The position numbers were made by a program, and so were the translations under genes. From assembly GCA_964445895.1 (NCBI GenBank), contig CAYUNA010000001.1:1-41127 (forward strand): a stretch of 41,127 nucleotides of DNA, given 5' to 3'. Each line of letters starts with the position of its first letter. The first letter of the stretch is position 1. Under the pieces are notes generated by a model. That model did no database searches. It had not been told where the DNA came from and saw nothing but the letters and a program-made list of their open reading frames with translations. Below are positions 33,529-41,127 of this stretch, one piece after another. The stretch comes from an uncultured Saprospiraceae bacterium. GTDB taxonomy: Bacteria > Bacteroidota > Bacteroidia > Chitinophagales > Saprospiraceae.

Positions 33529-36500
33529 ATGCAATCAGGCTTCAAAAACAACCGAAATCAAGACGCTGCGGCTACTATTAGAGGATTTCTATATCAGGCG
33601 TATCAAACCATTGATTTGTGGCTTCAACTTAATGATGGGGAACAGTTAGAATTAGAAAAAGGGGAAGATGTTGATATTGTCAAAGAAAATGATGCTCGGG
33701 ATTTAATCCAAGTAAAAGACTTAATATCAAAGATTACGCTTCGCGATAAAAATGTAGGAGAGTGTTTATTTAATTGGTATCAACATCAAAAGACCAATCC
33801 GAATTTTACCCTTAAATTTTGTTTTTTGACAACTGCCACAACAACAAAAGAAAAAGGTAGCCAATTTCCTAATGGTAAATGTGGCATAGAAATATGGCAA
33901 GAAATACATACAGATAAATGTACCGACAAGGATTTAGCACTCAAAGAGATTAAGAAAATATTGCTTGAAGCAGCACAAACATTAAAAGGTAAGCAATCTA
34001 AAAAACAAAATGCGGCTTGGGATGATTGGGTTAATTATCTCAATAATGTTAAAGGAGCTGACTTAGAAATTTTTATCAAAGGATTTTATTTCTTACCCGC
34101 CCAACAAAAATTGGATGATTTAAGAAATGCTATTGGAATTGCGTTACTTCAAAAGAAAAAAGCAACAACCAAAAATCTTGAAAGTAGAATTCAAACGTTT
34201 TTGACCTATGTTTTTCACAAGCTTTCAGAACCAGGTAAGAAAATTCTGACCGTCGAGGAAATTACCACTTGCGTTGATTGTAATTCAACTAATGAATTGA
34301 AAGAGTTAAATAATAAGTTGAAAGATTTAGAAGATTTCTATTCTCCGACAAATTTTTTGCAGAGACAACAACTCCACGAATATCCTAATCAGGAGAGTGT
34401 AAATAATTACAAAAAATCAATTAGAAAAGCTTATAAAAATTGGAATGTACCGCAAGAAGTAATTGGCTGGGAAGAGATTTCTACGAAGCAATTTGACCCA
34501 AAAGAAATTCATAGGTTTAAGGAAAAAGCAACCCAAGAAGATAGATTATCAACTTTAAATGCACCACTATTAAAATATAGAGGTTTAGGACAAAGAACCA
34601 ATCAAAATATTTGGATATTTGAAGGAAATACTGGTTTGGGGAAAACAGTATTTCTGAAGTGTTTGAATTATGAATTTGCAAGCATAGACAATCCAAAAAT
34701 TCCTATTTATATTCCGTTGAGAAAAATCAGTTCTCAGAATACTCTCAAAAAGCTTATCCTAAATGAATTAAATCAAAATGACTATGAAATAAAGGAAGAA
34801 CAGCTTTTTAAATTACTAAAAAATCATCCTTTTACCCTATTGTTAGATGCCTATGACGAGGTTGACAAAACCTTTATTAGAACACTAAAAGAAGAAATCG
34901 GAGAGTTCGAAAGATTCTGTAAAATAATCATTACTACCAGACCAGTAGCCGTACTCAAGCTACCAAAATCGACGACCTTTGAACTTCAACCATTGGAGTA
35001 TGACAGAGTCAAATCAATTGTAATTGAATACATTGGAGAATCCTCTTACTATGATTTCATCAAAAAAATTGAACAACATGGCTTACTCTCAGAAACTAAG
35101 AATATACTGCTATTACTCTTATTTATTGGCGTTTATCGAAAACATGGACAAGTTCCAGCTTCTAACTCTGAACTGATTAAAACAATTGTAGACGATATTT
35201 TTACATGGGTTTCCTCTAAAAATACCGCTGAAAATAGTTGGTTTACAAAGAATGTTATCGAAGATATTTTAGAGCAAATTGCTTATATTATTTATTCCAA
35301 AAATAGCAAAACGCAATTATTGAGTGAAGAAATTGACAAATTTTTCTTTGAATATATCGAAGATAAAGCCAAATTAAGGCAGATTCCCCAAGAAGAGACC
35401 ATTGCGAAATTAAAGCATAGAATGGCACAAATTGGAATACTTATTTTTAATAAAAATGGAGAAATTTATTTTTGGCATCGACTATTTTTGAATCACTTTG
35501 CGACCATTTCTTTTGCAAAAAAAATCACCGCAGAAGAAATAGACTTAAAAAAAGTAATAGTAGAATATCACTGGATTATTCCGTTAATTAACTGTCCACC
35601 TTATCTTCCAGAAAAAAAGCAAATTGAATTTTTAGCACTCATAGAAGATAACCTTTGGCTAATAGCTGAAGCTTTAGCAAACGTATTAAACCCTTCGAAA
35701 GAATTATTACAAGAAACCATTCAACGACTAAAAGTCTGTTGTGTTTCGGGCATCTTTAAAATAAGGATGCATGGAATTCATTATCTTAAAATACTCAACC
35801 AAAAACATCGTCAATACACCAGTCCTGTTATCTGGGAATTATTTAATTCAACTTCATTGTGTGTTGAAGTGAGAAGGATAGCATTTTTGGAAATTGCCAG
35901 TGAAAAGTCAGAAGCCGCTCAAAAATTAGTTTTTGACCATTTAGATTGGGACGAGGGCAGTCAATTCAATGTCATTGGGACACAAGAAGAAGTAATAAAA
36001 GCATTGTCTTATTGCGGAGAAAAAGGGTATTGGCAAATGTTTGAATTACTAAAATTACGGTATTCGAGAATTTCTTTCTCTTTTGATAATGTTTTCTCAG
36101 AATTGATAACTTTCAACAAGTTACCCGAAGATTTGCTACAAGCAATATTTGACTGGTTTATTGAAGAATTTAATGATGATAATACTGAACGAATTCATTA
36201 TAAAATCCCTCTTTTACTTGGGAAGATACGAAAAGAAGGATGGATATCCACGCTAATTTTAACTCTAAAAAATGCTATTATCCAAAACGGAGGCAAACTC
36301 AGATTTTCAAATATTAACATCATCAGAATATTAGAAGAATACACTTCCAAAGAATGTATCAATTTACTTTGGCAAGAATATAATTCTCCTGAAACTGTAT
36401 TAGAATTAAAACGTGACATTGCAACAATTTTATCTAAATATCAGGGTGATGTTCCGCTTACATATTATCAAACATTGATTGAAGAAGAAGATATTAATTG

Positions 36501-37452
36501 TAAAAAATCAGGAATTAAAGGACTTGGACGATTTGAATACGGAGAAATACATTTACAGTTAAAGGATTTACTTCATCATGAAGAATGTGAAATCCACCGG
36601 TTGGCTTTTGAGGTATCTCTTGAAAATGGTTTTATCCTTGAACTGTTAAAAGAAGATTTTATTACAGAAGATTTTTTAGCCGATTGTCACTGGAAAACTG
36701 TATTTTTTTTAAAAGCTATCGCTAAATATGGATTAGAAAATCAAATTGATTTTATTAGAGATGTTATCAATAAAAATGGTGGAAGTTACTCTATTTTGGT
36801 TCACTATTTAAAAGCTTTAGCAGCTAATAATCTACAAGATAGATTGGTGGAAACCTTCAAAATGAATTATTTCAAAGATGAAAAATTAAAATTTCCAGAA
36901 GAAAATGATTGTGTTAGGCAACAAATCAATAAGTTTGAAATAATTGAACTTTTGCCTACAAAAACTGCAATAGAGATGCTAACTATTCTGTATGAACAAT
37001 CGATAAATGCTGAAGATTTAAGAAATTTTTCCTATTATTTCGATGATGCTTATAAAAATAATTTTTCTCCTGATTTCTCTCCATTTTTGAAAAAATTAGT
37101 GATTGATTCAATCGAATATAACAACGTCAAAAATAATAAGAAAATTTATTCCACTCACCGTTACCTGTTGGCTTTGTCAACTATGATTAAAGATGACGAT
37201 GAGTCATGGTTAATTGACTTATTCAAAAAATACCCACAAGCAGATGTTCAAGTAAGAATAAAAATAATATCGTTGTTAGGTAGAATTACAAAAACTAAAT
37301 CTGCCGTCGAATTAGCAAAAACTACTGCGAAAACGACAGCAAATGGCATTATACTAAACTCTTGCTACGAAATTCTTGTTACTTACAATCGAAGAAATGG
37401 AATTTTACGGCAAATAAAAGAGTCAGAACTTTTTGATTACAATACGATGTAG
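33529..37452 (+). CDS. STAND/NACHT NTPase with N-terminal DUF4297 (Cap4-like PD-(D/E)xK nuclease) domain and C-terminal helical-repeat region (Avs/bNACHT-like antiphage protein)
   Basis: N-terminus RGFLYQAYQTIDLWLQL...LEKGEDVDIV...LIQVKD. Walker A FEGNTGLGKTVFLK, Walker B FTLLLDAYDEVD and the NACHT-type IIITTRP. About 700 aa of HEAT/ARM-like helical repeats follow. Confidence 0.9.
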   Translation: MQSGFKNNRNQDAAATIRGFLYQAYQTIDLWLQLNDGEQLELEKGEDVDIVKENDARDLIQVKDLISKITLRDKNVGECLFNWYQHQKTNPNFTLKFCFLTTATTTKEKGSQFPNGKCGIEIWQEIHTDKCTDKDLALKEIKKILLEAAQTLKGKQSKKQNAAWDDWVNYLNNVKGADLEIFIKGFYFLPAQQKLDDLRNAIGIALLQKKKATTKNLESRIQTFLTYVFHKLSEPGKKILTVEEITTCVDCNSTNELKELNNKLKDLEDFYSPTNFLQRQQLHEYPNQESVNNYKKSIRKAYKNWNVPQEVIGWEEISTKQFDPKEIHRFKEKATQEDRLSTLNAPLLKYRGLGQRTNQNIWIFEGNTGLGKTVFLKCLNYEFASIDNPKIPIYIPLRKISSQNTLKKLILNELNQNDYEIKEEQLFKLLKNHPFTLLLDAYDEVDKTFIRTLKEEIGEFERFCKIIITTRPVAVLKLPKSTTFELQPLEYDRVKSIVIEYIGESSYYDFIKKIEQHGLLSETKNILLLLLFIGVYRKHGQVPASNSELIKTIVDDIFTWVSSKNTAENSWFTKNVIEDILEQIAYIIYSKNSKTQLLSEEIDKFFFEYIEDKAKLRQIPQEETIAKLKHRMAQIGILIFNKNGEIYFWHRLFLNHFATISFAKKITAEEIDLKKVIVEYHWIIPLINCPPYLPEKKQIEFLALIEDNLWLIAEALANVLNPSKELLQETIQRLKVCCVSGIFKIRMHGIHYLKILNQKHRQYTSPVIWELFNSTSLCVEVRRIAFLEIASEKSEAAQKLVFDHLDWDEGSQFNVIGTQEEVIKALSYCGEKGYWQMFELLKLRYSRISFSFDNVFSELITFNKLPEDLLQAIFDWFIEEFNDDNTERIHYKIPLLLGKIRKEGWISTLILTLKNAIIQNGGKLRFSNINIIRILEEYTSKECINLLWQEYNSPETVLELKRDIATILSKYQGDVPLTYYQTLIEEEDINCKKSGIKGLGRFEYGEIHLQLKDLLHHEECEIHRLAFEVSLENGFILELLKEDFITEDFLADCHWKTVFFLKAIAKYGLENQIDFIRDVINKNGGSYSILVHYLKALAANNLQDRLVETFKMNYFKDEKLKFPEENDCVRQQINKFEIIELLPTKTAIEMLTILYEQSINAEDLRNFSYYFDDAYKNNFSPDFSPFLKKLVIDSIEYNNVKNNKKIYSTHRYLLALSTMIKDDDESWLIDLFKKYPQADVQVRIKIISLLGRITKTKSAVELAKTTAKTTANGIILNSCYEILVTYNRRNGILRQIKESELFDYNTM

Positions 37453-37461
37453 AACTAATTC

Positions 37462-37911
37462 TCAATCAATCAAAACCAACTCTTTCAAAATCACCTCCGT
37501 CTCCTCCATCATCCAAACCAACTGCCAGCTATACGCATCAACATCACCAATACAATCCAAAAAATCCTGTGGCAATGGTACTTCATGCCGCGAATCTGGA
37601 TGCCAGGGAACGATAAATTCCGTCTTACAAATCAACGTATCGACAATATGATTAGTCGAATCCCCTACCCTGTTTTTGTAAATGCTCAAACTTTTGATAC
37701 CTTGAAAATCAGGCGACAAAGGAATCACTATCATGGCTTGGGTGGCAAGGTCAATAGACAAGTGAAACGCTCCTCGTCTCTCAGCTTTCCATTCGTAGGA
37801 AACCCGTCCTTCGGAAAAGGTTTGCGTCGTGATGGTTTGAGCAAAGGAAGTCGTAAAATATATATTGGATAACAGAAGGAAAGTAACGAATTTTAGGTAA
37901 TCGTTTTTCAT
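37462..37911 (-). CDS. 149-aa secreted hypothetical protein
   Basis: Signal peptide MKNDYLKFVTFLLLSNIYFTTSFAQ. Confidence 0.7.
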   Translation of the reverse strand: MKNDYLKFVTFLLLSNIYFTTSFAQTITTQTFSEGRVSYEWKAERRGAFHLSIDLATQAMIVIPLSPDFQGIKSLSIYKNRVGDSTNHIVDTLICKTEFIVPWHPDSRHEVPLPQDFLDCIGDVDAYSWQLVWMMEETEVILKELVLID

Positions 37912-38055
37912 CGGATGATTTTTGTGGGTCAGGAATCAGGTTCAACAATAATGAATGAGAAATTATGAATGATGAATGTGACACTCATCAATATTTCACT
38001 GATTCCTGATTCCCATGTTAAACTAAAAAATTAAAGATTTCTTGCCGCACACTTT

Positions 38056-38691
38056 CTAACTAACCCAAATCGGTAACTCCATTCGTGCGGTAATTCGGAA
38101 GTTGAATATTTGTGGTTCGTAGCAATCCCAATATTCCTCGGACATCCAGAGATTGAGAATCGCCATATTGCCGTTTTGGTCACCCTCTCCTGTTTGTTCA
38201 AATTCCATGTATTCGAGACAGGCAATATCAGCTTCGAGGTCGGCCGGTTCAAAAATCAGGTCACGGGAACACAGACCTGCGCCGTTTGGCAAATCTGCAT
38301 AAATCACGGGGTCGTGATAGACGCGAAATTGAAAATAGCTTTGCTCGCCAGATTGCTGAATGCTTAGACTCCAATTGCTTGGATTGTAGATACAGTTGAC
38401 GAAAACTACATCGGATTCGGTGGAGGCCCAACCTTCGTATACGTATTGGCAATGATTGAGGCAGCCATTGGCGAGCGTCGGTTCTGGGCGAAAGTCTGGT
38501 GTACAGGGCTCGTTGGAAGAAGTACCAGACCAGCCTTTTCTTTCACTTAATGATTCCGTAGTTGGAGGACTTTCTCCTGTGGATTGGACGACGGATTGTA
38601 GGGAATCCATCTCTTGTTGTGCGGTGTTTTCACAACTAAAAGTGGCACACAGCAGCAAAAGGGCTACTGTGGCAGTAACAAATTTTTTCAT
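38056..38691 (-). CDS. 211-aa lipoprotein, Cys-rich, hypothetical
   Basis: MKKFVTATVALLLLCATFSC lipobox-like. Visibly more GC-rich than the neighbouring genes. Confidence 0.75.
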   Translation of the reverse strand: MKKFVTATVALLLLCATFSCENTAQQEMDSLQSVVQSTGESPPTTESLSERKGWSGTSSNEPCTPDFRPEPTLANGCLNHCQYVYEGWASTESDVVFVNCIYNPSNWSLSIQQSGEQSYFQFRVYHDPVIYADLPNGAGLCSRDLIFEPADLEADIACLEYMEFEQTGEGDQNGNMAILNLWMSEEYWDCYEPQIFNFRITARMELPIWVS

Positions 38692-38942
38692 AACACAAAT
38701 TTTAGAAGGTTGACGGCAGACGGCCCACGGGGGACGGTTTGGCGCAACCTGAAAATGACTGCCGTTTTTTTAAATTTGGACAGCATTTTCAATTAAATAA
38801 TTGTGCAAGGTAAGTAGCAACTTCTACTTAACATAATATTTGTGAATATTTTGTTATTAATGAATTGAATCATTACAGATTTCAGATTTACTTTTTCTTC
38901 ATAGCTGTTTTTGTGATTCGGAGGCTTGGCGTTGGCTTTTCA

Positions 38943-39017
38943 ATCAGCTGCCACAAGGGAGTTCCCTTCACTTCGGTCGGGATGACAAATAGCGGGAACT
39001 CCCTTGTAGCTGCTGAT
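38943..39017 (+). repeat. REP-like repeat copy R1 embedded in a long hairpin
   Basis: Perfect 12-bp arms aagggagttccc / gggaactccctt enclose the core cttcggtcgggatgacaa. Outer arms atcagc / gctgat. Confidence 0.6.
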
Positions 39018-39088
39018 GCGGGGGTGGCAGTCGCGGCGCGTATGATGTGGGGATTTTGGGAGGCGCGGCGGCTGACACCTGGCGATTT

Positions 39089-39451
39089 TTATCTCGTTTC
39101 CCATCGTTTGACCACTACCCTACTTTCCCACGTTTCCGTTACTAAATCCATTGCACCATCAATTTGAAAATACAGGCAGTAATTTCCGTGTTTCCAATTT
39201 GTTGCCGGTTCGCTGTAAAAGTTACCTTCTGGAATTTTCAAAATATGGAAAGCTTCGGCACATAATTCTATATTTTCAAAACAGATTTCTAACAAACCGA
39301 TTTCGTCGTAAAAATCTACTTCCAAATTGGGATAGTTCAACGGAAATTCGTCTTTGATAAGGATTTTTCGAGGTTGCGCAATTTTGATTTGCTGCGTTTT
39401 GCAAGTGTTGAAAATATAGGTGATTGTTAACAGGTAGAGTAGATTTTTCAT
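39089..39451 (-). CDS. 120-aa secreted hypothetical protein
   Basis: N-terminus MKNLLYLLTITYIFNTCKTQQ is signal/lipobox-like. Confidence 0.6.
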   Translation of the reverse strand: MKNLLYLLTITYIFNTCKTQQIKIAQPRKILIKDEFPLNYPNLEVDFYDEIGLLEICFENIELCAEAFHILKIPEGNFYSEPATNWKHGNYCLYFQIDGAMDLVTETWESRVVVKRWETR

Positions 39452-39464
39452 AGATTTTTAGTTT

Positions 39465-39488
39465 CCTTCGTTTCAGTCGGAATGACAA
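39465..39488 (+). repeat. REP-like repeat copy R2
   Basis: ccttcgtttcagtcggaatgacaa, just upstream of the start of 39089-39451. Confidence 0.5.
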
Positions 39489-39589
39489 AATTGGTACTCG
39501 GTTTTAGGTGCTGAGGGCAGCACAGTTCAACTTTTTCCGGTTAATAATTTTATTTTGTGATGGTTAAATCCTTTTCAGGTGAAAGGAAT

Positions 39590-39916
39590 TTAAAATAGGG
39601 TCAATTGATTTTGTTGCTGTACCCTTTTAAGGTGCGCTTTCCATTTTTTACTTTGCTCTGCTTCTGCTAACCAAGATTTTACAAACTCAATAGGAGCATC
39701 AAAATCCTCTATTGATTGAGCCGCTGTAAAGTGAGAACGGTAGCCTGTTTCGGTCATTGGCAGCGGAACTCTATCTTTAGATAATACTTCCAAATGGGCT
39801 AAACGATACCCTTTAACTCTTTTAGTGGCTTCGGAATAATCGGGATTGTAAAGGATTTCAATTTCTATTGCATTCCACAGCAATGAAAAGCGTTGATAGG
39901 CAGCTTTATTGACCAT
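39590..39916 (-). CDS. 108-aa hypothetical protein downstream of the ArdC-like gene
   Basis: ATG ORF that overlaps the ArdC-like stop by 11 nt. Confidence 0.65.
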   Translation of the reverse strand: MVNKAAYQRFSLLWNAIEIEILYNPDYSEATKRVKGYRLAHLEVLSKDRVPLPMTETGYRSHFTAAQSIEDFDAPIEFVKSWLAEAEQSKKWKAHLKRVQQQNQLTLF

Positions 39917-40847
39917 TGCAAATAAATTTAGCTGCCTTTTCCGCCTGCGCTGCTGCGGTTACGACCATTTTGACATCTGCTTTCAAAACATTCAACCAAC
40001 CCCGCAAATAAGCCGCTTGGTTTTGCACCAATTTTGGTAGGTCAATTTGACAATCAAAACATAAAAATGCGCTCGTCATTTCGGCAATTAATTCTTCTCT
40101 ACTGTATTCGGCAGAACCAAAAGCAGCAGGTCGCGCACCTGTTTTAAATCGGTCTAATCGGCTGTGGTGTCCCGTCCAATGTCCCAACTCATGGAAAAGG
40201 GTGCTGTAATATTCTTCGCTATTATCAAATTGTTTGATTCTCGGCATATTCACAATGTCCAGGGATGGAGAATAATAGGCTTTTGCTTTGTTCATAAATT
40301 CCAATGTCAAATTTTTGCAACCCTTGACAATTTCTTCGCAGCGGTCAATTTTTTCGTTGACTTTCAGTTCCCTCCACTCTGGTCGGGATGACAAAGAGTC
40401 AAACTCAATTCCTTCGATTTGGGTCGCATTAAACACCTTATAAAACCGTAAAAAGGGAATTGATTTATCCGCTTCTTCCCTCGTTTTTACTTTTTGACCA
40501 TTTGCATCCAAGTGCATCCAATTCCAGTAAAAAACGGGCGTGGATTTCTCTCCTTTAATCACTTTTCCACCCATCTCGCTCACTTGCTTGAAAGTCAAAA
40601 AATAGGGGTTGTCAAATTCGCAAAGCAGTAAAAAGAAATTGATGCCAGAATATGGACGTTTGGTTTTGTAATTCATTGGACGGACGCCGTTAGTCCCGTG
40701 AATGCTTTTCCAAGGTTTGCGCCATGCGGCTGTACCTGATTCTAATAAATCGGTAATTTTATCGGTGACGATTTGATAAACGGTTCCTCCACTTCGGTCG
40801 GAATGACAAGTTTTTTGTCGGTCGGAATGACAAGTTTTCTTTTTCAT
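39906..40847 (-). CDS. ardC: ArdC-like antirestriction protein (N-terminal ssDNA-binding DUF1738-type + zincin HExxH domain)
   Basis: The ORF track gives 39906-40928 and the likely start is M28 (MKKKTCHSDR...). ITDLLESGTAAWRKPW...RPYSGINFFLL is an ArdC-N pattern. The metallopeptidase motif is LFHELGHWTGH. Confidence 0.8.
   Translation of the reverse strand: MKKKTCHSDRQKTCHSDRSGGTVYQIVTDKITDLLESGTAAWRKPWKSIHGTNGVRPMNYKTKRPYSGINFFLLLCEFDNPYFLTFKQVSEMGGKVIKGEKSTPVFYWNWMHLDANGQKVKTREEADKSIPFLRFYKVFNATQIEGIEFDSLSSRPEWRELKVNEKIDRCEEIVKGCKNLTLEFMNKAKAYYSPSLDIVNMPRIKQFDNSEEYYSTLFHELGHWTGHHSRLDRFKTGARPAAFGSAEYSREELIAEMTSAFLCFDCQIDLPKLVQNQAAYLRGWLNVLKADVKMVVTAAAQAEKAAKFICNGQ
40368..40394 (+). repeat. 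REP-like repeat copy R3 (inside the ArdC-like coding region)
   Basis: ttccctccactctggtcgggatgacaa, translated on the minus strand as ...LSSRPEWRE... between the two ArdC domains. Confidence 0.5.
40784..40834 (+). repeat. REP-like repeat copies R4+R5 in tandem (inside the ArdC-like 5' end)
   Basis: ttcctccacttcggtcggaatgacaag followed by tcggtcggaatgacaag, translated as TCHSDR-QK-TCHSDR. Confidence 0.55.
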
Positions 40848-40951
40848 CTGTTCAATTTTTCGATTTTGAGAAAAGGAATCCAGCCCCAACAATGTGGAAC
40901 TGTTGGGTACTGAATTCAAAAAATACATCGGCTAAAGTTTTAGCGACTTAA

Positions 40952-41127
40952 TTACGCGGCTTTCGCGGTTGCTTTTTTAGTCGTCATTTTCTTAGCTGCT
41001 ACGGGCTTACCTTCGACGTGGGCAATTAGTTCTTCCTCTCGCTTCTCTTCGGCTTTCAATTCCTTGATCGTCGCAATTTTGCCATCGCTCCAGTTTTTGG
41101 TAAATAAGGTTTCATAGTTGCGGGTAT
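40952..41127 (-). CDS. 3' part of a hypothetical protein (partial, runs off the window)
   Basis: The minus-strand frame reads ...TRNYETLFTKNWSDGKIATIKELKAEEKREEELIAHVEGKPVAAKKMTTKKATAKAA*, with the stop at 40952-40954. Confidence 0.5.
   Translation of the reverse strand, partial: TRNYETLFTKNWSDGKIATIKELKAEEKREEELIAHVEGKPVAAKKMTTKKATAKAA

Noticed and set aside
38031-38252. 73-aa minus-strand ORF, and the 63-aa ORF at 38261-38452, overlapping the lipoprotein gene.
   Set aside because: They are alternative frames of the same strand within the longer lipoprotein ORF, which has a lipobox. They are Arg-rich, a typical out-of-frame artefact of GC-rich sequence.
38865-39167. 100-aa plus-strand ORF across the GC-rich patch.
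   Set aside because: Its frame is built from the REP-like hairpin and inverted repeats and overlaps the 3' end of the minus-strand 120-aa gene. The translation has no recognisable features.
40784-40834. Tandem short repeats, considered as a possible mini CRISPR array.
   Set aside because: There are only two about 17-27-nt units with a 7-nt gap, inside a coding frame. They have no spacer-like unique segments and there are no cas genes. They belong to the dispersed REP-like family.
1-41127. rRNA, tRNA, CRISPR, integrase/transposase, reverse transcriptase (retron/DGR) and prophage structural genes.
   Set aside because: I found no sequence or ORF with these signatures on either strand by inspection. 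Absence is not proven without tRNAscan, Infernal or HMM searches.

Overview
Low-GC, Bacteroidota-type chromosomal segment. The lineage call rests on T9SS-type C-terminal sorting domains, TAnnTTTG -7 promoter boxes and short leaders. All domain calls come from motif recognition by eye on the supplied translations; no searches were run.

Two kinds of content are interleaved.

(1) Envelope and ion-homeostasis 'core' genes:
- three MscS-family channels
- a Kv-type K+ channel
- TerC
- patatin
- two tandem-Usp proteins
- an ECF sigma operon
- several small secreted or membrane proteins

Many of these are preceded by a repeated fixed-spacing bipartite motif, TGTGACC-N15-GTCTTTAT. There are 7 copies, and each points at the adjacent gene. 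I read this as an ECF-type regulon promoter.

(2) Defence or conflict-type modules wedged between those operons:
- (a) 6716-14361: two proteins with HEPN-type Rx4H motifs, plus a 1411-aa TPR giant carrying GreA/B-C-like, PIN-like and tRNA-binding-OB-like modules.
- (b) 21514-24415: an AbiL-like pair, an ABC-type ATPase plus an RloB/Toprim-like protein.
- (c) 26274-29254: a ParB-like N-domain fused to an ABC-type ATPase, plus a small Toprim-like partner.
- (d) 31238-32904: an orphan TaqI_C-like ORF plus a PD-(D/E)xK-like ORF.
- (e) 33529-37452: a NACHT/STAND NTPase with an N-terminal DUF4297/Cap4-like nuclease domain (Avs-like).

Other elements:
- a 159-bp palindromic MITE-like element (2 copies, 12-bp TIRs, 3-bp TWA duplications)
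- a REP-like short repeat family confined to 38.9-40.9 kb, with copies translated in-frame inside an ArdC-like gene
- an ArdC-like conjugative-element edge at the right end

No rRNA, tRNA or CRISPR array was recognised. My best candidates for an undescribed system are (a) and (c).
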